A stretch of 64,000 bases of DNA from Terriglobia bacterium (GCA_963748015.1 CAVVHE010000004.1:800001-864000), one strand, 5' to 3'; numbered from the stretch's first letter, positions 9,834 to 19,063 are shown. A program made the numbers and translations. The notes: generated by a model from the sequence alone, not told the origin.

Positions 9834-10487
9834 ATGAGCGAGTACGTGGTCAAGCCGGGCGATTCGTTCGCGAAGATCGTGTTGGGCGCGGGGCTCGGCA
9901 CCGACTGGAAGAAGATCTACAACAGCGGCGACAACGCCGACTTCAGGAAAGTCTGTCCCGACCCGGACCTTCTCGTCCCAGGCGCGAAGTGCGTGCTCCC
10001 CGACAAGAAGAAGAAGGAGGAGAGCAAGCCCGGGAACTCTCTGGCGAAATTCAAGGTGAAGACCGCCAAGACGCAGCTGAACGTCGTCGTGATCCGTCCC
10101 GACGGCCAGCCGCTCAAGAACGCGGACTACGAGCTCACTCTCAAGGGGGGAGGGGGCGACGGAACGGTCGTCAAGAAGAAGACGGACGGATCCGGGGCGG
10201 TGAAGTGCGACATCCCGATCGACACCGAGGGGGCGACGCTCGCCCTCGAGGGACAGGAGCTCGAGCTGAAGATCGGCTGGCTCGAGCCGGTGGAGACGGT
10301 CAAGGGCATCCAGGCGCGCCTGCGCAACCTGAACTACGCCGTACCCGACGTCGACGGCAATGCGGCCGCCGGGACGGCGACCGAGCTGGCCGTCGCGGCG
10401 TTTCAGAAGCAGCACTCGCTCGGGGACCCCGCGGGCGAGATCGCATCCGCCACGCAGAAGAAGCTCAAGGACGTCTACGGTTGCTGA
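9834..10487 (+). CDS. LysM + transthyretin-like + peptidoglycan-binding domain protein
   Basis: N-terminal YVVKPGDSFAKI...WKKIY...PDLLVPG (LysM); middle PDGQPLKNADYELTL...KTDGSG; C-terminal GIQARLRNLNY...VDG...AVAAFQKQHSL (PG_binding_1-like). Confidence 0.8.
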   Translation: MSEYVVKPGDSFAKIVLGAGLGTDWKKIYNSGDNADFRKVCPDPDLLVPGAKCVLPDKKKKEESKPGNSLAKFKVKTAKTQLNVVVIRPDGQPLKNADYELTLKGGGGDGTVVKKKTDGSGAVKCDIPIDTEGATLALEGQELELKIGWLEPVETVKGIQARLRNLNYAVPDVDGNAAAGTATELAVAAFQKQHSLGDPAGEIASATQKKLKDVYGC

Positions 10488-10522
10488 GCCCGCGCGGACG
10501 CGCCGAGGGGAGGAACTGAGGG

Positions 10523-12673
10523 ATGGCGGGCATCGAGAAGTGGATCGCCCCGGGGAAGAAGAACACGATCGCCCTGCCGGAGTACTCCGTGGAGCTGATC
10601 TACCTGGGGGACGACGGGATTCCGGTGGGGACAGGGGCGGGGGACCCGTACCGGTGCAGGTTCGAGCTGGTCGAGGAGGGCGGCGACCCGCCGACCGCCG
10701 TGGCCAAGGACGCGCGCATCCCGCTGGCGAAGGAGAACAAGGCCTACCGCGTTATGATCCACGACAACCACGCCGCCACGTCGACCGAAACGTCGTCGGG
10801 CGGCGGCGACGTTCTGGGAGCGGGCGCCGATTCCCTCGCCAAGCCCACCTGCTACGCGAACAACAACTGGGTCCGCGACGTGCGACCCGCCGTGGCCTTC
10901 CGCGTGAAGATCGTCAAGCGAGCGGCGGGCGTCCAGGTGACGGTTTCCCCCAACGAGGTCTTCGTCACCTGGAAGATCAAGGACCCGAAGGAAGACCTCG
11001 ACCGGGTGGACGTCTGCCGCAGCCCGGACCGCCCGAAGCAGTTCCTCAAGGAGTTCTTCACGAAGTTCAACCGCAAGACCGACGACAAGGGGTGGACGGA
11101 CGACGACAACTGCTCCGACCAGTTCGCGGGACTGCGGCAGCGGGACGGCAGCATCGACGCGTGCAAGGCGCTCTTCAGCGGCCCCTTCACCCCCCCTGGC
11201 GCGGCGCTCGAGCGCCAGCCGGACCCGCCCGGGTTGTCGTCCTCCGACCCGCACCACGAGAAATTGGCGCGAAGCCTCGTCACCCCGGAGGGCGACATCG
11301 GGGCCGATCCGATCGGCGTCTCCAACGTCGTCTTCTACCCTCCGGCGATCTCCGGGGACAACTACGTCTTCAGCATCGGGCTCGCGGGCCCGAGCGGCAA
11401 TCCGATCTCCTTCAAGGACTACGAGGGAAACACGGTCAAGGAATACGAGACCGGGAAATTCACGCTCTGGCGGAAGGTCACGATCGACATGCTGGTGACC
11501 TTCGACAGCGTGGACGAGAGCTACATCAACTGGGACGACGCGAAGAACGCGTACGGCGCGGCGTTCATGGACGTCGTGAAACCCGTCACGACGGTCAAGT
11601 TCGCGGAAGCGGCATGGAAAGCCAAGGTCCGGAAGTACCTCAAGGACACCCAGGGGGTCGGCGACGCGGACCTGAACGCCGCCGTGTGGGACTTCAACAA
11701 GTTCTTCCTGCCGAAGCTGTCCGAGAACGTGCTCAAGGCGATGTGGGCGGCTCTCGACCCGGCGAACAACCTGCCGGCGAACTACGGTCCCGGCGACGCC
11801 GACGACCTCTACTGGACCTGGGGCGCCGATTGCGCGAAGCTGTTCCTGGACAAGGCGTACGCGGACAAGGGGAAGACCTCCCCGCGGGCCGACGCCGCGC
11901 AGAACACGTCGCTAGGCCTCTACGTCTTCCTCTGCAAGAAGCTGCAGGCGGTTTCCGGGGCGCTCGGACAGTACATGGACGAGCGCGAGTTCTTCATGGT
12001 GACGGTGGGCGACGCGACCTGCACGTTCGTTCACGAAATGGGGCACGCCCTCTACCTCCGGCACGCGCTGACGTCCTTCGGCACGATCCAGAACGTCGGA
12101 GGGGTGAACACGCTGGTCGCGCCGTTCGTGACCCGGGACGTCGCGCACACTCGCGGTGCTTGGCTCGACCACGATCAGGACGACGCGATCGTCTGCGTCA
12201 TGTCGTACCAGAACGACTACTACGACAAGACCGGCAAGTCCCCCCTGGCCTCGGGCGCGGTGGAGTGGCACTTCTGCGCGATCTGCCTCCTCAAGCTCAG
12301 GTTCTGGGACACGGTGCTGCTCCGGGGGAACCGGTGGGTCCGCGCGATGGTGTACTCGAAGATGGCGCCGTTCAAGCTCACCGACGGCGGCCACGCGCCG
12401 CTGGGCAGCTTCACCATTCCTAAGGGCGTGGCAGGCCAGGTGCGCTGCGTCGCGAAGGCCGAAGCGACGTCGAACAACCTGGGGCAGAAGTTCGAAAAAG
12501 ACGTGACCGGGATGACGAACGCGAAGTGGATCAGCAGCAGGACGTCGGCCGCGGCGTTCACGGGGCCGGGCCGCCTCCAGGCCGGGGCGACGGCGGGGAA
12601 GAGCACGACGATTCACTTCGAGACCCCGCTGGGGGAGAAGAAGTCGAACAGCGCGACGGGGAGAGTCACGTAG
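10523..12673 (+). CDS. Putative T6SS zinc-metalloprotease effector (metzincin-like)
   Basis: 716 aa, no signal peptide; HEMGHALYLRH at 12032-12064, CVMSY, HFCAICLL; C-terminal Ig-like segment; two genes downstream of vgrG. Confidence 0.65.
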   Translation: MAGIEKWIAPGKKNTIALPEYSVELIYLGDDGIPVGTGAGDPYRCRFELVEEGGDPPTAVAKDARIPLAKENKAYRVMIHDNHAATSTETSSGGGDVLGAGADSLAKPTCYANNNWVRDVRPAVAFRVKIVKRAAGVQVTVSPNEVFVTWKIKDPKEDLDRVDVCRSPDRPKQFLKEFFTKFNRKTDDKGWTDDDNCSDQFAGLRQRDGSIDACKALFSGPFTPPGAALERQPDPPGLSSSDPHHEKLARSLVTPEGDIGADPIGVSNVVFYPPAISGDNYVFSIGLAGPSGNPISFKDYEGNTVKEYETGKFTLWRKVTIDMLVTFDSVDESYINWDDAKNAYGAAFMDVVKPVTTVKFAEAAWKAKVRKYLKDTQGVGDADLNAAVWDFNKFFLPKLSENVLKAMWAALDPANNLPANYGPGDADDLYWTWGADCAKLFLDKAYADKGKTSPRADAAQNTSLGLYVFLCKKLQAVSGALGQYMDEREFFMVTVGDATCTFVHEMGHALYLRHALTSFGTIQNVGGVNTLVAPFVTRDVAHTRGAWLDHDQDDAIVCVMSYQNDYYDKTGKSPLASGAVEWHFCAICLLKLRFWDTVLLRGNRWVRAMVYSKMAPFKLTDGGHAPLGSFTIPKGVAGQVRCVAKAEATSNNLGQKFEKDVTGMTNAKWISSRTSAAAFTGPGRLQAGATAGKSTTIHFETPLGEKKSNSATGRVT

Positions 12674-12736
12674 GCATCGCGGCGGGACGCCGGGATCGCG
12701 CCCGGGATATTCGGGGAACGAAAGGGAGTGCCTGAG

Positions 12737-14194
12737 ATGGCGAGCCTGAAGCTGGATCTGACCCTCGAGAAGAACGAGTTCGTCCGCGGCGAGTCCATCC
12801 GGTTTCTCATGGCGCTGACGAACGTGGGAGGCTCTCCGGTCACGGTCGCGACGGAGAAGCCGAAGAACCGCGCGTTCGCGATAACGGTCAAGTCGCCTTG
12901 GGGAGGGGAAAATCGCGGCGACGCGATGACCATGGTCGAGCGGGAGGGGGAGCACGTGGACGAGCCGCGCGACACCCCTACCCGCCTCCTCGCGCAGGGG
13001 GAGAAGCTTGCCGCGCGCGGCGACGTGATCCCATGGCTCGGCGAGCTCGAGCCCGGCGAGTACACGATCGAGGGAATCTACGAGTTCACGCCGGCGCTCT
13101 CCACGGTGTCCGCCCCGGCGTCCTTCAAGGTGGTCGAGGCCGCGCCGGTGTACGCGAGAACGGCGAGGCCGAATTTCGCCGGGCAGCGGGAGGCTTCCGA
13201 GACCGCCTGGCTCCACAAGACAGCGGCCGGGCACGGCCTGTTCCTCATGCGGTCGAGCCCGAAGAGTCCGCTCGTCGCCTACTCGAATACGCCGCTCGCG
13301 CAGATCCCGTTCCCGGCGGAGGTGATTCCCTCCTGCCACAACCGCGTGACCTGCCCGTCGGACCACCTGGTGTGGATGGCGGAGGACGGCAGCCTCCAGG
13401 TGCTCCGGCACAAGGCCGGCGTCGTGAGCGATCCGATCCTGTCGGTTCCGCTGCCCTCGGCGGACCTCGAGCCGGTGGGAGCTCCTTACTCCGACGGGAA
13501 AGGAAACCTCCATCTCGTCCTGGCCGCCGAGGGGGGCTCTCCCGCGTTCCTGTGCCAGGTCTCGGAGCGGACGAACGCGTCCTTCAGGCCATTCGAGTCC
13601 ACGGTCCCGCTCGGCTCGCCCCGGAGCGTGCTGTGGGGAGGGGACGAGACCCTCTCCGTGGTCTGGGTCGGGGCCGACGAGCGGGAGGTCATGGGCGCAA
13701 CGGTTTCTCTCGCCGCCCTGCCTCCGCGGATCGCGGGGAAGAAGATCTACACCGCGAGTCACCCGGTGATCGATCTCCGCCAGGCGCAGCAATCGCGCGA
13801 AGAGGCGGAAGGGTACGAGCGGCTGCTGTTCGTTCTCGCTTTCGACGACGTGAAGGACATCCTCTACCGCACGCGGGTGAGCCTGTCGACCTCGGAGACG
13901 GGGGAGCCGGAGCGCTTCGTGGTGGACGGTGTGGGCAATCTGGTCCTGCTCGACAGCATTCTTGACGAAGACCTGAACGCGCAGTACCTGTTCGCGGGAG
14001 CGGATGGCGCGGTGGTGCACGCCGACGGCTCCTTCAGCAAGTTAGCACCCGTTCTGACGGCTTCGAGACGGCCGGTGACGGTCGCGCATTGCCCGGGCCT
14101 CGTGGTGACGTCGAAGTTCGCGAAGCTCCGCGGCGCGTTCCTGAGGTACATCGAGGACGGAAGGAAGCTCTCGTGCGTCAAGCTCGGATCGTGA
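12737..14194 (+). CDS. Hypothetical beta-rich protein, candidate immunity protein (no signal peptide); paralog of next gene
   Basis: 485 aa from ATG 12737 (GGGAG RBS); N-terminal Ig-like LDLTLEKNEFVRGESIRF...LEPGEYTIEG. Confidence 0.7.
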   Translation: MASLKLDLTLEKNEFVRGESIRFLMALTNVGGSPVTVATEKPKNRAFAITVKSPWGGENRGDAMTMVEREGEHVDEPRDTPTRLLAQGEKLAARGDVIPWLGELEPGEYTIEGIYEFTPALSTVSAPASFKVVEAAPVYARTARPNFAGQREASETAWLHKTAAGHGLFLMRSSPKSPLVAYSNTPLAQIPFPAEVIPSCHNRVTCPSDHLVWMAEDGSLQVLRHKAGVVSDPILSVPLPSADLEPVGAPYSDGKGNLHLVLAAEGGSPAFLCQVSERTNASFRPFESTVPLGSPRSVLWGGDETLSVVWVGADEREVMGATVSLAALPPRIAGKKIYTASHPVIDLRQAQQSREEAEGYERLLFVLAFDDVKDILYRTRVSLSTSETGEPERFVVDGVGNLVLLDSILDEDLNAQYLFAGADGAVVHADGSFSKLAPVLTASRRPVTVAHCPGLVVTSKFAKLRGAFLRYIEDGRKLSCVKLGS

Positions 14195-14226
14195 CGAATG
14201 GCGGCCGGTGCGAAGGGAGAGGGGCC

Positions 14227-15882
14227 ATGGCGCGTCGAGCGATGAACGCCGTCAAGGGTCTCCTCTGGCCGCGGCTCGGCCGGGGCTTCATGCCTCTCGC
14301 CGCCGCGGCGCTGCTCGCGTGCGCGGACGGCCCCGCGCCCCCGAGCCGGGCCGGCACCGTTCCCACCCTCGCGGCGGTTCCGGGGCGCACCTCGACGCTC
14401 GAGCCGGCCGAGGCGCTCCCCGCCGTCGCGGGCAAGGCGGAGGTGACGCTCGACCTGTCCCTGGAGAAGACCGCCGTCGTCGCCGGGGAGTCCGTCCCCT
14501 TCACGCTGACGGTGAGGAACAACGGGTCCGCCGCGATCACGGTGCCGCAGCCCTCCCCGGGGAGCCCGGTCTTCTCGATCCGGGTGACCTCGGCGAGCGG
14601 GTTCTCAGCGGCCGGGGACGCTTTGTCCCTCGCGGCGCGCGAGGGGGAGCGCACCGAGCCTCCGCGCTCTCCCAGGACGGCCTCGCTCGCGCCGGGAGCG
14701 GCGACGACCCTTCGCGGGGACGTCGTGGCCTGGATCGGGGGGTTGGATCCGGGGAGCTACGTGATCGCTGGGTCTTGGGAGGGATCCCCGCCCGCTCGCG
14801 CGGAGTCGAAACGGGTGGAATTCCGGGTCGCGCCGGCCGCGCCCGTCTACCTCAGGGAGGGGGGGCGAAACGTCTTCCTGGCCAGGGTCGCGAGGGATGC
14901 GGCGTGGATCCAGCGCGGAAGCGCGGGTTACGAACTCTACCTGCTGCGGTCAAGCCCCTGGGCGCCGGACGTCGTGCGCTCGAACCGGCCGATCGTGCGG
15001 CTCGAGACTCCCGTGGGCGCCGTGCCGGCGTCGTTCAACTCGGGCACGCTCGACGCTCGCGCCGTGGCGTGGATCGACGGCGGGGCCACCCTGCGCGTCC
15101 TCCGCGTGCCGGACGACGGGAGCAAGGTGACGAGCCGCGTGACCCGTCTTCCCGCCGCCGGGATGTCCCTGGTCGAGCCGCCGTTCGTGGACGAGGGAGG
15201 CTCCTTCCTCGCGGTCGTGGCGGCGAAGGACGGCAAGAGCGCGACCCTCGTCCGGTTGACCGCGGAGGGGTCCGCTCTGTTCACGCCGTTCCGGCTGCCT
15301 TCCCCGATGGGGGACCAGCGCGCAGCGCTCTGGGCGCCCGATGGAACGGTCACCGCCGTGTGGACGACGGCGGGCGGCGGGGACGTCCATACCGCTTCCG
15401 CGACGCTCGCGTCCCTTCCCGCGGAAATCCCGGCGCGGAAACTGGCATCGCTCGAGGGGAAGGCGGCCGCGCTCGGGCTCGCGTCCCGCTCCCGGGATTC
15501 CGGAGAGGGCTACGACATCGTCTTGTTCGCGCTCACCCAGCACGGCGAGTCCCTCGTCGAGACGCGGTTCGACGTGGGCACCGGCAAGACGGAGGGGGAG
15601 CGCCGCGTTCCCGCGGGCGCTTCCGGGATCCTGAGAGCGCTCGACGCCGAGGTGGGACAGGACATGGCTGCGCGCTACCTGCTGGCCGGGCCCTCGGGAG
15701 AGGTGTCGATACTGGGTGCCGCCGGGGGAGGGCTCGTGTCGGTGCGGGACGCGGCCGGCGGACCGCTGCGCGACAGCGCCTCGCCGCAGCTGGCGCTGGC
15801 GTGGCGTCCGGGCGCGTCGGTTTCGACCTGGATCCGGTACCTGGACGGCGGCGGGAGGATCGTCGCCGTGAAGACGCCCTAG
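14227..15882 (+). CDS. Hypothetical lipoprotein, candidate immunity protein; paralog of previous gene
   Basis: 551 aa from ATG 14227; lipobox-like AAALLAC; collinear similarity to 12737-14194. Confidence 0.7.
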   Translation: MARRAMNAVKGLLWPRLGRGFMPLAAAALLACADGPAPPSRAGTVPTLAAVPGRTSTLEPAEALPAVAGKAEVTLDLSLEKTAVVAGESVPFTLTVRNNGSAAITVPQPSPGSPVFSIRVTSASGFSAAGDALSLAAREGERTEPPRSPRTASLAPGAATTLRGDVVAWIGGLDPGSYVIAGSWEGSPPARAESKRVEFRVAPAAPVYLREGGRNVFLARVARDAAWIQRGSAGYELYLLRSSPWAPDVVRSNRPIVRLETPVGAVPASFNSGTLDARAVAWIDGGATLRVLRVPDDGSKVTSRVTRLPAAGMSLVEPPFVDEGGSFLAVVAAKDGKSATLVRLTAEGSALFTPFRLPSPMGDQRAALWAPDGTVTAVWTTAGGGDVHTASATLASLPAEIPARKLASLEGKAAALGLASRSRDSGEGYDIVLFALTQHGESLVETRFDVGTGKTEGERRVPAGASGILRALDAEVGQDMAARYLLAGPSGEVSILGAAGGGLVSVRDAAGGPLRDSASPQLALAWRPGASVSTWIRYLDGGGRIVAVKTP

Positions 15883-15900
15883 GCGGGACGGGAGGACGCC

Positions 15901-16221
15901 GTGCCACCGATGGGAAGGCTCGGAGACAAGTCGCAGGTGGCGGCCGACATCCACGGTTGCCCGGCATGTCCCCACCCGGGAGTCGGACCCGCGATCATCG
16001 GTTCGCCGACGGTGCTGGTCAACAACATGCCCGCGCTTCGGGTGGGAGACATGGGTGTCCATGCCGCCTGCTGTGGTCCGAACATGTGGACCGCAACGAA
16101 GGGGAGCGCGACGGTCCTGATCGACGGGAAGCCCGCGCACCGCATGGGCGACATGGATCAGCACTGCGGCGGGGTGGGGCAGCTGATCGAGGGGAGTCCC
16201 GACGTGTTGGTCGGGGGCTGA
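15901..16221 (+). CDS. PAAR-domain spike tip protein
   Basis: 106 aa; PMGRLGD, PALRVGD and PAHRMGD repeats, GSPTVLVN/GSATVLID, His/Cys zinc ligands. Confidence 0.93.
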   Translation: MPPMGRLGDKSQVAADIHGCPACPHPGVGPAIIGSPTVLVNNMPALRVGDMGVHAACCGPNMWTATKGSATVLIDGKPAHRMGDMDQHCGGVGQLIEGSPDVLVGG

Positions 16222-16259
16222 GCCCGCGCGGGCCGCCGCGAATCGAGGTCCCGTTCGAG

Positions 16260-17342
16260 ATGAGAGCGGATCTGCTGGAGTGCGCGGGTATGGTGTGCCC
16301 GAGGTGTCGCGGCCCGGCGCGCGGCGCGATCCCGCTCCGGTTGGAGCAAGTGCTCGCCCGGAAGGGGGACGAGGTGCTCGAGGGAATCCTGGCCTGCGGA
16401 AGGCCGCAGTGCGAGGCGAGGTATCCCGTCCTGCGCGGCGTTCCGGTGGTGGTGAAGGACCTCTCCCGGTGGTGGGAGGCCGAGGGGCGCGGCCTGGTGT
16501 GGCCGCCCCCGGGGGATTCCGCGCTCGCGGGACTCCTCCAGGACCTGGAGGAGGGAGGCCGCCCCGCCCGGGGGCGGCGCGGCCTCCTCGGATGCCAGGT
16601 GGAGTTTCACTACGGCGCCGGTCGGTCCGGGACTTCCCGGCTCGATCCGGCCGGGCCGCCCGTCGAGGACTACTGGCGCGTCGTCACGAAGCTTCTCGAC
16701 GTCCCGGCCTCAGGTCGGCGGGGCCTCGTCCTCGACCTGGGCTGCTCCGTCGGGCGCGCGACGTTCGAGCTCGCGCGCGGGAGCCTCCTCGCGGTGGGGA
16801 TCGACCTGAGCCTGGAGCAGGTCGCCTGGGCCGAGTCTCTCAGGCGAGGGGACCGCGTGACGTACGAGCGGCTTCGACACGGGCGCACGTACGAGCGCAT
16901 CACGCTCGACCTTCGCATGCCGGAGAATGCGTTCTTCGCCGTGGCGGATGCCCTCGATCCGCCGTTTCTCGAGGCCACGTTCGACCTGGTGGCCGCGTTG
17001 AACCTCCTCGACAGCGTGAGCCTGCCGCTGGTGCTGCTGGGTCAGATGGACGCGTTACTGAAGCCGGGAGGGGATCTCGTGGTCGGCTCGCCCTACGCCT
17101 GGAGCGAGGACATCGCCGACGCGGGCGAGTGGCTGGAACGAGACGGCGCGACGCCGGCTCGATTCGTGCGGGAGATTCTCGAGGGAAGGGCGCTGCCGGC
17201 GACGGGGCTCCGCTACTCGATCCTCGAGGAACGGGACCGCGTCGCGATGCCGCTCCGGCAGAACGATCGGCACGTGTCGGTGTTCGACGTCCACCTCCTC
17301 CGAGCGCGGCGAGCGCTCGCGGGTGGGGGGGAAGTGCATTGA
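16260..17342 (+). CDS. Class I SAM-dependent methyltransferase with N-terminal Trm112-like Cys knuckle
   Basis: 360 aa from ATG 16260; CPRC...CGRPQC...YPVLRGVP; motif I VLDLGCSVGRATFELAR; FDLVAALNLLD; LKPGG; SPYAW. Confidence 0.8.
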   Translation: MRADLLECAGMVCPRCRGPARGAIPLRLEQVLARKGDEVLEGILACGRPQCEARYPVLRGVPVVVKDLSRWWEAEGRGLVWPPPGDSALAGLLQDLEEGGRPARGRRGLLGCQVEFHYGAGRSGTSRLDPAGPPVEDYWRVVTKLLDVPASGRRGLVLDLGCSVGRATFELARGSLLAVGIDLSLEQVAWAESLRRGDRVTYERLRHGRTYERITLDLRMPENAFFAVADALDPPFLEATFDLVAALNLLDSVSLPLVLLGQMDALLKPGGDLVVGSPYAWSEDIADAGEWLERDGATPARFVREILEGRALPATGLRYSILEERDRVAMPLRQNDRHVSVFDVHLLRARRALAGGGEVH

Positions 17343-17397
17343 GCTCGCGGAATCGGCCTTAGGAATCAGCGCCCGCACGACGGATGGGAGGTGCCGC

Positions 17398-18240
17398 ATG
17401 CCCGCGCCGCAGGCCGCGATGATGCAACAACTCGCGCGGCTGCAATTCAGCAGCTTCGCGATCAAGGTGCCCGTGGAGTGGTCGAATCCATCGGGCAAGG
17501 TGCCGTCGGGCCACTACCGGGACGCCTTCGAGCCGCCGGAGCACGTCACGGTGCCGGACCTGGGTCTCCCGCTCTTCCTCCCGGCGTCGCCCAACAAGTA
17601 CCACACCGACACCCAGAAGGACATGAACCAGAAGTTCGGCTCTTTCATCGACGGAATCTGCACCTCGATCTGCTCCGCCTGGAGCACCTGGCAGAGCACG
17701 GCGACGCTGGTCGGTGTCGTGATCAACGGGCCGGTGGCCGCGGGCGGGTCGGTCGTCGGGCCGCCCCTCGGACCGCTGATTCTCTCGTCCGCGCCGAAGG
17801 CGACACCGATGGAAGCCAAATTCTCGAACGCCATAGCGAACGCGATCGGGACCGGCTGGCTGTCGTATCAGAACACGATCAAGGTGCCCGGGCTCCCGTG
17901 GTATCCGGCCTTCGCGGCCTTTCCCGGTCCAGTCGCCCCGCCGATGCCCAACGTGCCGATGCCCCTCATCGCGCTGGTTCAGGTCCCGGTGTCGTTGAGC
18001 AAGGCGGCCTTGAAGGGGCAGATGATCGGTCTCCTGGGGGACCCCAAGGCGCAGCACCACAAGGAGCTGTTCGACGCGATCGCCGACGCCTTCGAGAAGT
18101 GCTTCAACCTATGGAAGGGTACGACCCAGGTGATGAACGTCCTGGGCATGGGCCCGATCCCCACCTTCGCCCCGCCGTTCGTCCCCGTGGGTCCCGTCGT
18201 CGGCGGCGTCGGGAACATGACTCCCGGAGGGTTCCTCTGA
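17398..18240 (+). CDS. Hypothetical Pro/Gly-rich protein with three internal repeats
   Basis: 280 aa from ATG 17398 with GGAGGT RBS; protein-like composition; last gene of the + strand T6SS run. Confidence 0.75.
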   Translation: MPAPQAAMMQQLARLQFSSFAIKVPVEWSNPSGKVPSGHYRDAFEPPEHVTVPDLGLPLFLPASPNKYHTDTQKDMNQKFGSFIDGICTSICSAWSTWQSTATLVGVVINGPVAAGGSVVGPPLGPLILSSAPKATPMEAKFSNAIANAIGTGWLSYQNTIKVPGLPWYPAFAAFPGPVAPPMPNVPMPLIALVQVPVSLSKAALKGQMIGLLGDPKAQHHKELFDAIADAFEKCFNLWKGTTQVMNVLGMGPIPTFAPPFVPVGPVVGGVGNMTPGGFL

Positions 18241-18258
18241 GCTCGGGCCCGTCGTGCG

Positions 18259-19047
18259 TCACCCCGCCAGGGTCGCGGGCCCGATCAGCTGCACGACACG
18301 CTCTCGATAGGGATCGGAGAGGCCTCGGGCCGCCTCCACGTCGAGCAACTCCTCGAAGATCGGGATCCCCGACAGGCGGGTCGCGCTGAGGATCACGCGG
18401 TCCGACGGCCGGAACGTGGGGATCGACGCGGTGACCCTGACGAGCGGTAGCTTTCCGGTCTCGGGCGACTCGGCGATCGAGACTCGAAGCCGGAGCGCCT
18501 CGAGCAGCCTCCCCAGCGCGGGGTTCCGGTCCATGAGCTGCTTCATGACGAGGGCGTTCAACGCGAACTGCTTGAGGTCGGCGTCGCTCCGGCCCGCGCC
18601 TCCCGCGAGCATTTGCCGTGCCTGGGACAGGCTGATCGGCGCCTCGTGCATGAGGACCCACGAGAGGGGCGAGCGCACGGAGAGAGTCCGGGTCTCGCCG
18701 TCCACGTTCACCTCGTGGAGATACTCCCACCGATGCAGGACGAGGTCGGTGGAGATCGGCTCGACGGGGGAGTCGAGGCGGTTGGGAAGGCGGAAGGGCA
18801 CCCCCGAGACTTCGCGGTACGCGGCCTGGAGCTCGGCGAACGTCTTGTCCGCGTCCTTGACGTCCTCGTGAACCGGCGACTTGACGTGGTCGCCCAGGAG
18901 TCGGCGAGGGAGGAGCAGGGGGCGCAGGCAGGCGAGGCGGTCTTCGGCCTCCTTGCGCACCCATGCGGAGACCGCTTCGGTGGCGGCCCGCAGGCTCATC
19001 ATCTGCTCCAGGGTGATCTCCATCCCGTCCTTCGGTGCGTCCGCCAT
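18259..19047 (-). CDS. Hypothetical protein co-oriented with the TssB-TssC fusion
   Basis: 262 aa, GGAGG RBS, starts 16 nt after the fusion-gene stop; globular composition. Confidence 0.75.
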   Translation of the reverse strand: MADAPKDGMEITLEQMMSLRAATEAVSAWVRKEAEDRLACLRPLLLPRRLLGDHVKSPVHEDVKDADKTFAELQAAYREVSGVPFRLPNRLDSPVEPISTDLVLHRWEYLHEVNVDGETRTLSVRSPLSWVLMHEAPISLSQARQMLAGGAGRSDADLKQFALNALVMKQLMDRNPALGRLLEALRLRVSIAESPETGKLPLVRVTASIPTFRPSDRVILSATRLSGIPIFEELLDVEAARGLSDPYRERVVQLIGPATLAG

Positions 19048-19063
19048 GACGAGGCCTCCGGTT

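Noticed and set aside
14208..17342. 1044-aa ORF as one giant methyltransferase fusion
   Set aside because: Only the part from ATG 16260 is protein-like; the upstream part is a shadow of the lipoprotein and PAAR genes. The same applies to 43644-46892 (ispA), 41948-44035 (nadK) and 21108-22778 (STAS).
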